Shown: positions 9,985 to 18,698 of the stretch, piece after piece | Numbering within the stretch: the first letter of the stretch is position 1 | Layout: every line of letters starts with the position of its first letter | From: an uncultured Ignavibacteriales bacterium | GTDB taxonomy: Bacteria > Zixibacteria > MSB-5A5 > GN15 > FEB-12 | Direction of reading: 5' to 3' | DNA length: 64,000 nt | NCBI GenBank assembly: GCA_964518635.1 | Contig: CAZFGK010000001.1 | Location: 71,085 to 135,084 of the forward strand | Notes under the pieces: generated by a model | What the model was told of the DNA's origin: nothing | Database searches by the model: none | Seen by the model: the letters and a program-made list of their open reading frames with translations, nothing else | Program-made: the position numbers and the translations under genes

Positions 9985-10788
9985 ATGATGAGAAATGCAC
10001 TCAAAGTGATATTCGCCGTGACTCTTGCGATGGCACTAACGGTCGGTGCGCAGCAGGGGAAAAAAGAAAATGAGAACAAGAAGGAAGAATCGGGATTCAA
10101 AAATCTGCAGGTCTTCGATAAGAATATCGACAAAGATAAGTTGATCAACATCATGAAGAGCTACACCGGCTCACTTGGCGTGCGCTGCGAATTCTGCCAT
10201 CTCGAATCAGCAGATAAGAAAGAGACTGATTTCGTAAGTGATTCCCTCGAACACAAACGAATAGCTCGCGAGATGATCAAAATGGTCGCCGATCTCAACG
10301 GTAAATATCTTCCGGCTGCGACCCACAAGGGGACGGATGCCGCTGCGGTTGGTGCAGTGAACTGCATGACCTGTCATCGTGGATCGAAATCGCCGGTCTT
10401 TATCGAGGATATCCTCATGCGCGCCCACAAAGCGGGTGGATCGGATTCGGCAATCATTGCTTATCGAAACTTAAGAGAGGTATGGTATGGACGCGCCAAA
10501 TATGATTTCGGTGCGCCGCCATTGACCAATTTCACTGCAACTCTATTTGATACCGACACTATTGGAGCGATGGCGCTCCAGGCAATGAATATCGAACTGA
10601 ATCCGAAATCTGTCGATGCGATGCTGGTTTATTCACAGATGCTGCTCGAATTGCGCGACAGCAGTACCGCACTGTTCTATATCGATTCAGCTCTAGTGTT
10701 GTCGCCACAACATCGTGGAGCAACGAGCCTGAAAAAAGCGATGACTGACAACGGCTTCACCAAAGTGACTGCTCCAGCGCAGAAATAA
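9985..10788 (+). CDS. Secreted c-type cytochrome with reaction-centre-cytochrome-like domain plus helical C-terminal region
   Basis: Signal peptide. Two CxxCH haem motifs (CEFCH, CMTCHRG) sit in the arrangement LGVRCEFCH...KRIAREMIKMVADLN, which is typical of the CytoC_RC-like family. Confidence 0.75.
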   Translation: MMRNALKVIFAVTLAMALTVGAQQGKKENENKKEESGFKNLQVFDKNIDKDKLINIMKSYTGSLGVRCEFCHLESADKKETDFVSDSLEHKRIAREMIKMVADLNGKYLPAATHKGTDAAAVGAVNCMTCHRGSKSPVFIEDILMRAHKAGGSDSAIIAYRNLREVWYGRAKYDFGAPPLTNFTATLFDTDTIGAMALQAMNIELNPKSVDAMLVYSQMLLELRDSSTALFYIDSALVLSPQHRGATSLKKAMTDNGFTKVTAPAQK

Positions 10789-10816
10789 TGTTGTTGTTCA
10801 CTGGGAGAAAATTGAA

Positions 10817-10840
10817 AGCCCGGGCCCCGGGCTTTTTTTT
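10817..10840 (+). terminator. Rho-independent terminator of the cytochrome gene
   Basis: AGCCCGG-GCC-CCGGGCT hairpin followed by T8, 29 nt after the stop codon. Confidence 0.8.
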
Positions 10841-10884
10841 GTCATTAGCCCATTCATTTGGCAGAGATGGGAGAACTTATGAAA

Positions 10885-10961
<77 letters not shown>

Positions 10962-10975
10962 ATCTCAAGACAGCC

Positions 10976-11004
10976 CATATAACTCCATCACGACGGGGTG
11001 TCAA
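10976..11004 (-). promoter_or_regulatory. Sigma-70-type promoter of tRNA-fMet
   Basis: The minus strand reads TTGACA-17 nt-TATATG. The -10 ends 14 nt before the mature tRNA 5' end. Confidence 0.6.
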
Positions 11005-11190
11005 GTCTGCATCAAAATTGACTTGAGAATTTCTTCTCCATATTCCGTTTTGAGCCAAATCACTTACATTTCAGCTTTGCGTGGAGTCGGGAATAACTCT
11101 GAAGAGTTCGGCTCTCCGCTTGGCAACCAAAGATTCGAATAAGTCCCTCCAGTGTTTCAACAATCCCCCCTGTCTGGTTCATTCGACATG

Positions 11191-11225
11191 CAAAAGAAAA
11201 TCCGCCCCACATTTGTAGGGCGGAT
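11191..11225 (-). terminator. Rho-independent terminator downstream of the Bor-like gene, built from a family-B repeat arm
   Basis: Minus strand: ATCCGCCC-TACAAATGTG-GGGCGGAT hairpin followed by TTTTCTTTT. It contains the CCGCCCTACAA motif of the family-B repeats. Confidence 0.6.
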
Positions 11226-11285
11226 CATTGATTTCGAATGAAAAGTAAGAGCATCGAGAGGCTTTAATCGCCCCACGTCTGAATA

Positions 11286-11753
11286 CTAGTTCTCTTCGCG
11301 TACCGCGGTGGATGGCTCCTCGGATTCGACTGACGGAAGCTGGACATAGACCGGTGTGCCGAGTTCCTTGCTCAATTCAGCGGCCTGTGTGAATGCAACT
11401 TCGATATCTTTGTCATCAAGCGACTCGCAGCGGAGAATTGACGCTGGGTCAATGTTGCCAAGGGTTGAACTCTCTGCACAAGTAACGGTAATCTGCATGG
11501 GGGTATAGATTCCGAATGTGATATTTGCAACCAGCATGTTTACAAATGAGAGCTGCGTCTCAACTTTCGCGACACCCTTGGGGCATTCAGCGGCTGTTTT
11601 TACAGTAGAAGGGGGGATAAGCCCGAAGAGCCAGCCGGAAGCAAATGGCTTCTTGATGACTTGAGTGGATGGTTGTAGACCAGTCTCGACAGTTGCGACG
11701 TAACAACCAGTGAAGAGCAACAACAAGACTGACAGCGATACGAATTTCAACAC
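11286..11753 (-). CDS. Bor/Iss-family outer-membrane lipoprotein with acidic C-terminal extension
   Basis: Matches the lambda Bor pattern: lipobox LLFTG|C, then CPKGVAKVETQLSFVNMLVANITFGIYTPMQITVTC. I moved the start to the GTG at 11753 (cac 11751-11753), which has an AGGAG 7 nt upstream. The track ATG at 11789 has no RBS. Confidence 0.8.
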   Translation of the reverse strand: MLKFVSLSVLLLLFTGCYVATVETGLQPSTQVIKKPFASGWLFGLIPPSTVKTAAECPKGVAKVETQLSFVNMLVANITFGIYTPMQITVTCAESSTLGNIDPASILRCESLDDKDIEVAFTQAAELSKELGTPVYVQLPSVESEEPSTAVREEN

Positions 11754-12124
11754 TTGATAACTCCTGTTTCTAGAGGATGTAGTAAACACCTTCGGCGATT
11801 GATTCGAATCTCCCTCTCCTTTCGATGATCCAAGAACTGTTCAGTTGTCCACGTTTGTGGTCCTTCAATAGCCAAATAAATGCCTGTGCGACATGTAATT
11901 GCAACTTATTTTTGGGCGGGAGACTGCGAAGAGGATGAACTCTGCGGGGAATCATCAGCATTTAAATCCTACTCCATCTATTCAGCAAAGTCGGTCTTCA
12001 TCTCAGATTTAGGGCAACATTTTCCACTTTCTCCCGTTCAATTCGTAGTCGACATTATTGCAGCCGGGGAATTTCCACAAACAGACAAGCAAGTTCACTT
12101 TTCAAACGCTGGAGAATTGGTACG

Positions 12125-12928
12125 ATGATTGATTACGCACAAGTCAAAAAGGGTCACCGCGCCATATGGGCATTGGGTGACTTCGACAAGATTTCGAAGA
12201 GTCTGTCCATCTCGACCGACCAGACAATGCGGGTCGCAAAAGTCCGTCCGGGTGAAAAGGTTCTCGATGTAGCAACCGGCACCGGAATCACCGCCATCGC
12301 CGCGCGTGAACGTACCGCACATGTCGCCGGAATCGACCTCACTCCCGAGCTGATCGAAACTGCGAAGGTCAATGCGAAGGAAGTCGGGTTTCACGATATC
12401 GATTTTCGTGAAGGGGATGCAGAAGCACTTCCCTTTCCTGATGAGTCGTTCGATGTCGTCCTGTCGACCTGCGGACATATGTTTGCACCTGATCAACCGA
12501 CCGTCGCAAAGGAACTCGCCCGAGTGACGAAAAAAAATGGCAGAGTCGCCTTTCTTGCATGGACACCTGAAGGGGGAGTCGGCAAACTCTTCAAGATCAC
12601 TGCCAAACATGTGCCGCCAGCACCGGGAATGTCCAGCCCGTTTAACTGGGGAGACCCCGAGAAGGTCGCGAATTTACTCCAGGATCATTTTCGTGAAATT
12701 ACATTCACACCCGGCGATTGCCCGGAGTTTGCAGATAAGGCCGAAGATATCTGGCATCTCTTTTCGACTTACTATGGCCCGACAGTGAAGGCGCTCGCGG
12801 CCCTTCCACCAGAAGGACAGAAGGCATTCCGTGAAGATATGATTAGTTTCTTCGATGGCTACCGCGCGTCAGATGGGAAAGTGCGCTGGGGACGTGAGTT
12901 TGTCATAACCCACGCGATTCGCAGATAA
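12125..12928 (+). CDS. Class I SAM-dependent methyltransferase (Methyltransf_11-like)
   Basis: Motif I VLDVATGTGITAIAAA and the post-I/II pattern FDVVLSTCGHMF. Confidence 0.85.
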   Translation: MIDYAQVKKGHRAIWALGDFDKISKSLSISTDQTMRVAKVRPGEKVLDVATGTGITAIAARERTAHVAGIDLTPELIETAKVNAKEVGFHDIDFREGDAEALPFPDESFDVVLSTCGHMFAPDQPTVAKELARVTKKNGRVAFLAWTPEGGVGKLFKITAKHVPPAPGMSSPFNWGDPEKVANLLQDHFREITFTPGDCPEFADKAEDIWHLFSTYYGPTVKALAALPPEGQKAFREDMISFFDGYRASDGKVRWGREFVITHAIRR

Positions 12929-12950
12929 GTAGAACTTTCGTTTAGATTGC

Positions 12951-12986
12951 AGGCACCTGGGTGTACTATTCCAGGTGCCTTCTATT
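12951..12986 (+). terminator. Probable terminator after the methyltransferase gene
   Basis: Perfect 10-bp stem AGGCACCTGG / CCAGGTGCCT with a 10-nt loop, followed by TCTATTG. The T-tract is weak. Confidence 0.5.
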
Positions 12987-13252
12987 GTCCGCTCAATCTC
13001 TGCCAATAGTACTTGCCATACAGCGACACACACTGTCAATTTATTGAGCTACTCCATGAAATTATCATGAAAAGAGCAACTCGGACAACCTGCGAACTTT
13101 GCTGGATTGTCGATCAGACATCCGATATATTACTAAAGAGACCGGATGACCATTGGCATGGAGTAGCTGATGTGAGGACGGACGCTCTCATGGGGTATCA
13201 TTGATGAAGCGGCATAAGGAATGCATTTCGTGAACGATCGCTGCGCCAAGAG

Positions 13253-14392
13253 ATGAAGAGCAAAACTTTCAATCACGCCGACCTCTCGATCGCGCGGGAG
13301 ATTGTTCCGTTTCTCAAACTCCGTTTCCGGATGCTTCTGGGAATCGGAAAGTCTCGCTCTCAAGGCGACAAGAGCACCCTCATTGTTGTTCCCTGCATTC
13401 TTGGTGATAGTCTCTCCTACTTGCCTGCAATCCGAGCATATGTCGAGCGTCACCGATGCACTTTTGATCTGGTTGTATCTCCTGACTTTCTCTCACTAGC
13501 AGAACATGTAAAAGGTGTGCGGAATATCTATCTTGCAAGCAGCTCGTATGCTCGCGCGAGTGAGATAAAACAGACTCAGAAATCTGAGATACCGAGTTAT
13601 TACGACACAATGGTCGTGCTTCGTCTTAGCCCTGAGGGGTATGAGCTTGTTCGACCCGTTCGATGTAGCAGATATGTCAGCAGCGATTTTACTCTCATGT
13701 GCTATCTCGGACAGATTGTGAAGAGCAGTCTGATGAAAGAACCGGTTCGTCAGTCTCGCGAAGTCATGTTTGACGCCCTCGGTCTTCCCCCCTGCGATCT
13801 GAATACTACTTGTCCGGAGATGTTCGAACTTGGGGATGAAATCGGCAAACAAAGATCTGAACAGCGTAATTGTCGCGGCGACAGACAGACCATTCTTATT
13901 CATACTGGTTCTGGATGGTCGGTGAAACTCTGGGATGATGAACACTGGATCGCTCTGTTAACCAGAATTCATCAATCTGGAAATTACTATTTCAACTTTA
14001 TCGGTCGTGGTGAGGATGAATTACAGACGTTTCAGAAAATACAATCGCGACTACCCTTTGAAGTTTCGTCAGCCATCAACAAGTTGACTCTCTGGGAATT
14101 GTATCTGCAGATGCGAGAGTCCGACTTTTTTATCGGCATCGATAGTGGACCGCGTAATCTCGCTCACTATGCGAATTTACGCAGTGTCACTCTTTTGAAT
14201 CCGGCGGCGGTAAATAATTTCATGCCGCTTGATTGCCGTGATCAGACCGTCGAAAAGCCGAATCGCTTCCCCGCCAATGTGGTGAACACACAACAGGGGG
14301 CAACGCTCGATCAGATCAGTGTGGATGAGGTGTACGGTGCATTTGAGCGACTTACGTCAGAATGTCGAAACACGGTCACGCAACGCTTTTGA
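13253..14392 (+). CDS. Glycosyltransferase family 9 (heptosyltransferase-like)
   Basis: N-terminal TLIVVPCILGDSLSYLPAIRAY resembles the GT9 signature (LGD...P). The C-terminal half has ILIHTGSGWSVKLWDDEHWIALL and IGIDSGPRNLAHY. The start is uncertain (13253, or Met-27 at 13331). Confidence 0.75.
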   Translation: MKSKTFNHADLSIAREIVPFLKLRFRMLLGIGKSRSQGDKSTLIVVPCILGDSLSYLPAIRAYVERHRCTFDLVVSPDFLSLAEHVKGVRNIYLASSSYARASEIKQTQKSEIPSYYDTMVVLRLSPEGYELVRPVRCSRYVSSDFTLMCYLGQIVKSSLMKEPVRQSREVMFDALGLPPCDLNTTCPEMFELGDEIGKQRSEQRNCRGDRQTILIHTGSGWSVKLWDDEHWIALLTRIHQSGNYYFNFIGRGEDELQTFQKIQSRLPFEVSSAINKLTLWELYLQMRESDFFIGIDSGPRNLAHYANLRSVTLLNPAAVNNFMPLDCRDQTVEKPNRFPANVVNTQQGATLDQISVDEVYGAFERLTSECRNTVTQRF

Positions 14393-14608
14393 ATCTATCA
14401 ATCCAAGAGACAGACCAACGGCGTCCGTCTGTGCACTTTTGGCTTTCTTGGCAACTATCTCAATAGGGATCTTTCAGTCCGCATGTACCGCTATTCAAAA
14501 TAGAAACCTCGTTGGACTGCACATCATTGCCAGACGGTACGTCCAACGAGAAACATATGATGCAAATTTGCGATTGCGAAATCTTCTCCGCGCATTCTAA
14601 GTTGAAGG

Positions 14609-16027
14609 ATGGCTCCCATAGTATCCTCGACTGAAAACAAAAAAACCTCCATCTGGCGGGATCTGAGCGACGCCATTCGCGGGACTGAGATCGACTATAC
14701 TCAGGCGGCACTCGGTCGGTCGATTCTTTTGCTGGCTGTCCCAATGATTCTCGAGATGATGCTTGAGTCAGTTTTCGCTGTCGTCGATATTTTCTTTGTC
14801 AGCAAGCTCGGCCCGTCGGCAGTGGCGACGGTTGGTCTGACCGAATCACTCATGACACTTGTCTATGCCGTCTGCATCGGTTTCGCCATGGGAACAACCG
14901 CCATCGTAGCGCGACGCATCGGCGAAAAAGACAAAGTCGGCGCTGCGAATGCCGCCAGTCAGGGAATACTGGTAGGGATTTTTTCGGCCCTGCCACTGGC
15001 TGCAATTGGTCTATTCTTTGCGAAAGATATCCTCACGCTCATGGGGGCGGATGCATGGAGTATCGAGCATGGCTATCGCTACACCGCGTGGATGCTCGGC
15101 AGCAATGTCGTGATCATGCTCCTTTTCATCAATAATGCGATCTTTCGCGGTGCCGGAGATGCCGCCATTGCGATGCGTGTCCTCTGGGTCGCCAACGGGA
15201 TAAACATAGTACTCGATCCGATCTTCATCTTCGGCTGGGGGCCGATTCCGGCGATGGGGGTCGAAGGGGCCGCCATCGCCACTACAATCGGACGTGGTTT
15301 CGGTGTCGCGATGCAGTTCTGGGTGCTGCTTCACGGTGCAAAACATATCAAGATCGAGTGGGCGCAGCTTCGCTTGCAGACGGATGTCTTCTGGCATCTG
15401 ATCCGGACATCATTGGGCGGAATTGGTCAGTTCATTATTGCGACATCATCTTGGATCGGACTCGTACGTATCATGTCGACATTCGGTAGTGAAGCGGTCG
15501 CCGGATATACCATTGCGATTCGCGTATTTATCTTCACCCTACTCCCGGCATGGGGATTGTCGAATGCAGCGGCGACACTGGTTGGGCAGAATCTCGGCGC
15601 AAAGCAGCCGGAACGTGCAGAGAAATCGGTCTGGATTACCAGCTTCTATGCGATGGGATTTCTCCTGCTCGTTTCGATTGCGTATGTCATTTTCAGTGAG
15701 GAACTCGTTCGGTTGTTTACCGACAATGAATCGGTTGTCGCTTTTGGTGGTGAATGTTTGCGGGTGGTTTCATACGGTTATATTATCTACGCCGTGGGGA
15801 TGGTATTGGTGCAGTCGTTCAATGGCGCCGGTGACACTATGACTCCGACAAAGATCAATTTTTTCTGCTACTGGCTGTTTGAAATTCCACTCGCCTATAT
15901 ACTTGCCCTCGTGTTGGGTCTTGGCCCCAGTGGTGTCTACTGGTCGATTGTCGCGGCTGAGACTGCGGCCGCGGTCGTCGCGATCATATTGTTTCGTCAG
16001 GGGAAATGGAAATTGAAAGTAGTGTAG
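14609..16027 (+). CDS. MATE family efflux transporter
   Basis: 472 aa and 12 predicted TM segments. The N-terminus ILLLAVPMILEMMLESVFAVVDIFFVSKLG is typical of NorM/DinF-type MATE proteins. The sequence shows internal two-fold repeat organisation. Confidence 0.9.
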   Translation: MAPIVSSTENKKTSIWRDLSDAIRGTEIDYTQAALGRSILLLAVPMILEMMLESVFAVVDIFFVSKLGPSAVATVGLTESLMTLVYAVCIGFAMGTTAIVARRIGEKDKVGAANAASQGILVGIFSALPLAAIGLFFAKDILTLMGADAWSIEHGYRYTAWMLGSNVVIMLLFINNAIFRGAGDAAIAMRVLWVANGINIVLDPIFIFGWGPIPAMGVEGAAIATTIGRGFGVAMQFWVLLHGAKHIKIEWAQLRLQTDVFWHLIRTSLGGIGQFIIATSSWIGLVRIMSTFGSEAVAGYTIAIRVFIFTLLPAWGLSNAAATLVGQNLGAKQPERAEKSVWITSFYAMGFLLLVSIAYVIFSEELVRLFTDNESVVAFGGECLRVVSYGYIIYAVGMVLVQSFNGAGDTMTPTKINFFCYWLFEIPLAYILALVLGLGPSGVYWSIVAAETAAAVVAIILFRQGKWKLKVV

Positions 16028-16142
16028 AGAGCATTGCTGCCAACCCGTTTTGTATTCTCGCTTACAACATTGCTGTTCTCTGACTCTTCTACTATCTTTC
16101 CGGCAATGTCATCCCTACCAGTTCTTTTTCTCCTGATTTCTC

Positions 16143-18401
16143 TTGCAAAGGCACGCCGTGGCCGATAACGACGACCACACGCGTACTTCCCTGACTCTTG
16201 TCAACGGTGCTCTGATTGAGCATTACCGAATCGTCGAGAAAATCGGCGCAGGGGGGATGGGAGAGGTCTATCTCGCGGAAGACACCAAGCTGTCACGAAA
16301 AGTTGCTCTCAAATTTCTCCCCTATCACTTCGTCGCAGACAGCGGACTTCGAGCGAGATTTGTTCGTGAGGCACAAGCGGCAGCAAAGCTTGATCATCCC
16401 AATATTATCACCGTATACGAAGTCAGTGAATCAGAGGGGCGGCCATTTATCGCGATGCAATTTATCGACGGCAGACAACTGACCGCCATTTCACAGGATA
16501 TGACCCTCACAACTGAACAGGCACTTAAGATCATGGGTCAGATTTGCAGTGGTCTTGGTGCCGCGCATCAGGCGGGAATTATCCATCGTGATATCAAGTC
16601 AGCAAATATCATCATCGACAAAGAACTCAGACCAAAGATCCTCGATTTCGGTCTTGCAGCGATGCAGGGGAGTGAGATGATTACGCGTGCCGGTTCGACT
16701 CTCGGTACTGTCACTTATATGTCTCCGGAACAGGCGCAAGGGCGCGAAATCGATCATCGCTCCGACCTCTTCTCGCTCGGCATTGTGATGTATGAACTTC
16801 TCGCGGGGCGCACACCTTTCAAGCGCGCTAATGACGCCGCGACCTTGCACGCGATTATCAGCGACTCACCAGAACCACTTGCACGATACAAATCGGACAT
16901 TCCAGACGGGGTCCAGCGCATTGTTTCAAAGGCGCTCGCAAAGAGTGTCGATGAACGATATCAAACGGCCGCGGATATTTCTGCCGATCTCAACGTTGTC
17001 ATCCGGGCATTGACTCAGGGGGAGCGCGCAACTACCGGCAATGTTGCCGTAGCACGCCCGTCGATAGCGGTTCTCCCATTGGCGAATATGAGCCGAGACG
17101 AAGAGAATGAATTCTTTGCTGACGGACTGACCGAAGAATTACTCAATATGCTCGCCAAGAATCCCGGTCTGCGTGTGACCGGACGAACCTCTTCCTTTGC
17201 CTTCAAAGGAAAGCAGGAAGATCTGCGCAGTATCGGCCAGAAACTTGGAGTCGGGACGATTCTTGAAGGAAGCGTGCGCAAAGCTGGCAATCGGGTTCGT
17301 ATCACCACCCAACTGGTGAATGTCGCCGATGGTTTTCACCTCTGGTCAGAAACCTATGATCGTGTGCTTGATGATATCTTTGCGGTACAGGATGATATCG
17401 CCAAAGCAGTCTCAACCGCCATGCATGTGACTTTGGTCGGTGTCAATGAAGTCAAGAAGCCGGTCAATCCAGAGAGTTACTCACTTATTCTTCGTGCGCA
17501 TCATTCTCACTTGCAGATGAACAAAGAGGGTCTGCAAATGGCTGTAGACTTGTACAAAAAGGCAATAGAGATTGATCCGGAAAATGCGAAGGCCTGGGCG
17601 GGGTTAAGCTCTGTGTATGGCGTGCGCGTTTCTTATGGGCACGGTGACTACGCAGTAGAGTTTCCTCTCGCGAAGAAAGCCGCCGAACGGGCACTGGCAC
17701 TCGATGACTCGCTTGCGCAAGCTCACGAAACCATGTCATTTGTCTATGCCGCTCTTGAACTGCGCATGAGCGAAGGGCGACCGCATATGCTGCGCGCATT
17801 TGAACTTGCTCCTAATGACAGCGCCATCGTTTCAAGTATGGCCTTGTGGGAGATGCTCTACGGCAATTTTGACAGAGCTATTAAGCTCTCACGAAGATCA
17901 ATCGAATTAGATCCTCTCAATCCCTGGTCACGACGAGAACTGGGACGCGTTCTTACTATCGCGGGACATCTCGGTGAGGCTCACGAGACGATGCTGCGGG
18001 CACAGGAGATGAGCCCGGATATGACGACCATACATCTTGGGTTTTGCTATATATCACTCCTTGAAGGAAAATTTGAAGAAGCACTAAGCCAAATATCCCG
18101 AGAGAAGATTGCAGGATATCGCCTTCATGGTGAAGCCATGGCTTTATTTTCACTTGGTCGGATCGAAGATTCGAATCGGCAACTGGAGTCCCTGATCGCC
18201 GAAGGTGAAAATTGGGCTTTTCAAGTCGCGGGAACGTGCGCCTGGCACGGTGAAATCGACAAGGCCTTTGAATGGCTTGAACGAGCCTATGATGTGCGCG
18301 ATGCGGGGATTCCGCTTACAAAAATTCATCCACTGCTGAAATCATTGCACCCTGATCCACGCTGGGAGCCATTCCTTAGCAAGATTGGTCTGGCGGACTA
18401 G
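16143..18401 (+). CDS. Ser/Thr protein kinase fused to a TolB-N/LpoB-like module and a TPR domain
   Basis: Hanks kinase motifs GAGGMGEVYLA, VALK, HRDIKSANI, DFGLA and TVTYMSPEQ. These are followed by IAVLPLANMS...FFADGLTEELLNMLAK...GSVRKAGNRVRITTQLV and then TPR-like repeats. No TM segment is seen. The start codon is non-ATG and uncertain. Confidence 0.9.
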   Translation: MQRHAVADNDDHTRTSLTLVNGALIEHYRIVEKIGAGGMGEVYLAEDTKLSRKVALKFLPYHFVADSGLRARFVREAQAAAKLDHPNIITVYEVSESEGRPFIAMQFIDGRQLTAISQDMTLTTEQALKIMGQICSGLGAAHQAGIIHRDIKSANIIIDKELRPKILDFGLAAMQGSEMITRAGSTLGTVTYMSPEQAQGREIDHRSDLFSLGIVMYELLAGRTPFKRANDAATLHAIISDSPEPLARYKSDIPDGVQRIVSKALAKSVDERYQTAADISADLNVVIRALTQGERATTGNVAVARPSIAVLPLANMSRDEENEFFADGLTEELLNMLAKNPGLRVTGRTSSFAFKGKQEDLRSIGQKLGVGTILEGSVRKAGNRVRITTQLVNVADGFHLWSETYDRVLDDIFAVQDDIAKAVSTAMHVTLVGVNEVKKPVNPESYSLILRAHHSHLQMNKEGLQMAVDLYKKAIEIDPENAKAWAGLSSVYGVRVSYGHGDYAVEFPLAKKAAERALALDDSLAQAHETMSFVYAALELRMSEGRPHMLRAFELAPNDSAIVSSMALWEMLYGNFDRAIKLSRRSIELDPLNPWSRRELGRVLTIAGHLGEAHETMLRAQEMSPDMTTIHLGFCYISLLEGKFEEALSQISREKIAGYRLHGEAMALFSLGRIEDSNRQLESLIAEGENWAFQVAGTCAWHGEIDKAFEWLERAYDVRDAGIPLTKIHPLLKSLHPDPRWEPFLSKIGLAD

Positions 18402-18440
18402 TCTCAATTCTCAAAGTCACTCAGTGCAGGACTTAAAGAT

Positions 18441-18567
18441 GACCCTTCGACAGGCTCAGGGTGAGGAAGTAAAGTGGCCGAGTGTTTCTGGATGATTCCT
18501 CTTAAATGCAAACAGTCAACCCCGACAAATTGACCCTAATTCCTCATGCTGAGCTTGTCGAAGCATC
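18441..18567. repeat. MITE-like element copy 1 (family A), 127 bp with about 27-bp terminal inverted repeats
   Basis: The left arm GACCCTTCGACAGGCTCAGGGTGAGGA and the reverse complement of the right arm (GATGCTTCGACAAGCTCAGCATGAGGA) match at 22/27 positions. The internal segment AACAGTCAACCCCGACAA recurs in copy 2. Confidence 0.7.
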
Positions 18568-18597
18568 TTCTTCGCTCCGCGATTAAAGAGGTAGAAC

Positions 18598-18698
18598 GCC
18601 ATTCGACAAGCTCATGGTGAAGAATCTTGAGTTAGATGAACAGTAAACCCCGGAATCAAAACCTTCCAACTCTTCATGCCGAGCCTGTCGAAGCATGC
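18598..18698. repeat. MITE-like element copy 2 (family A), 101 bp
   Basis: Arms are GCCATTCGACAAGCTCATGGTGAAGAA and, in inverse orientation, TCTTCATGCCGAGCCTGTCGAAGCATGC. The internal AACAGTAAACCCCGGAAT is shared with copy 1. The right arm abuts the peroxiredoxin stop codon. Confidence 0.7.

Noticed and set aside
13013-13204. 63-codon ORF in the gap upstream of the GT9 gene.
   Set aside because: It has no RBS, no recognisable motif and odd composition. I cannot exclude a small protein, but there is no positive evidence.
14500-14560. 10-bp inverted repeat CTCGTTGGAC...GTCCAACGAG and the tandem TTGCGATTGCGA upstream of the MATE gene, as a possible operator.
   Set aside because: It is plausible as a regulator binding site, but no cognate regulator gene is adjacent and a single occurrence cannot be evaluated. 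I therefore did not promote it to a feature.
18441-18698. Possibility that the four spaced repeats form a mini-CRISPR array.
   Set aside because: The repeats alternate in orientation, are imperfect, and have irregular spacing (74, 30 and 46 nt). They pair as inverted termini, and no cas genes are present.
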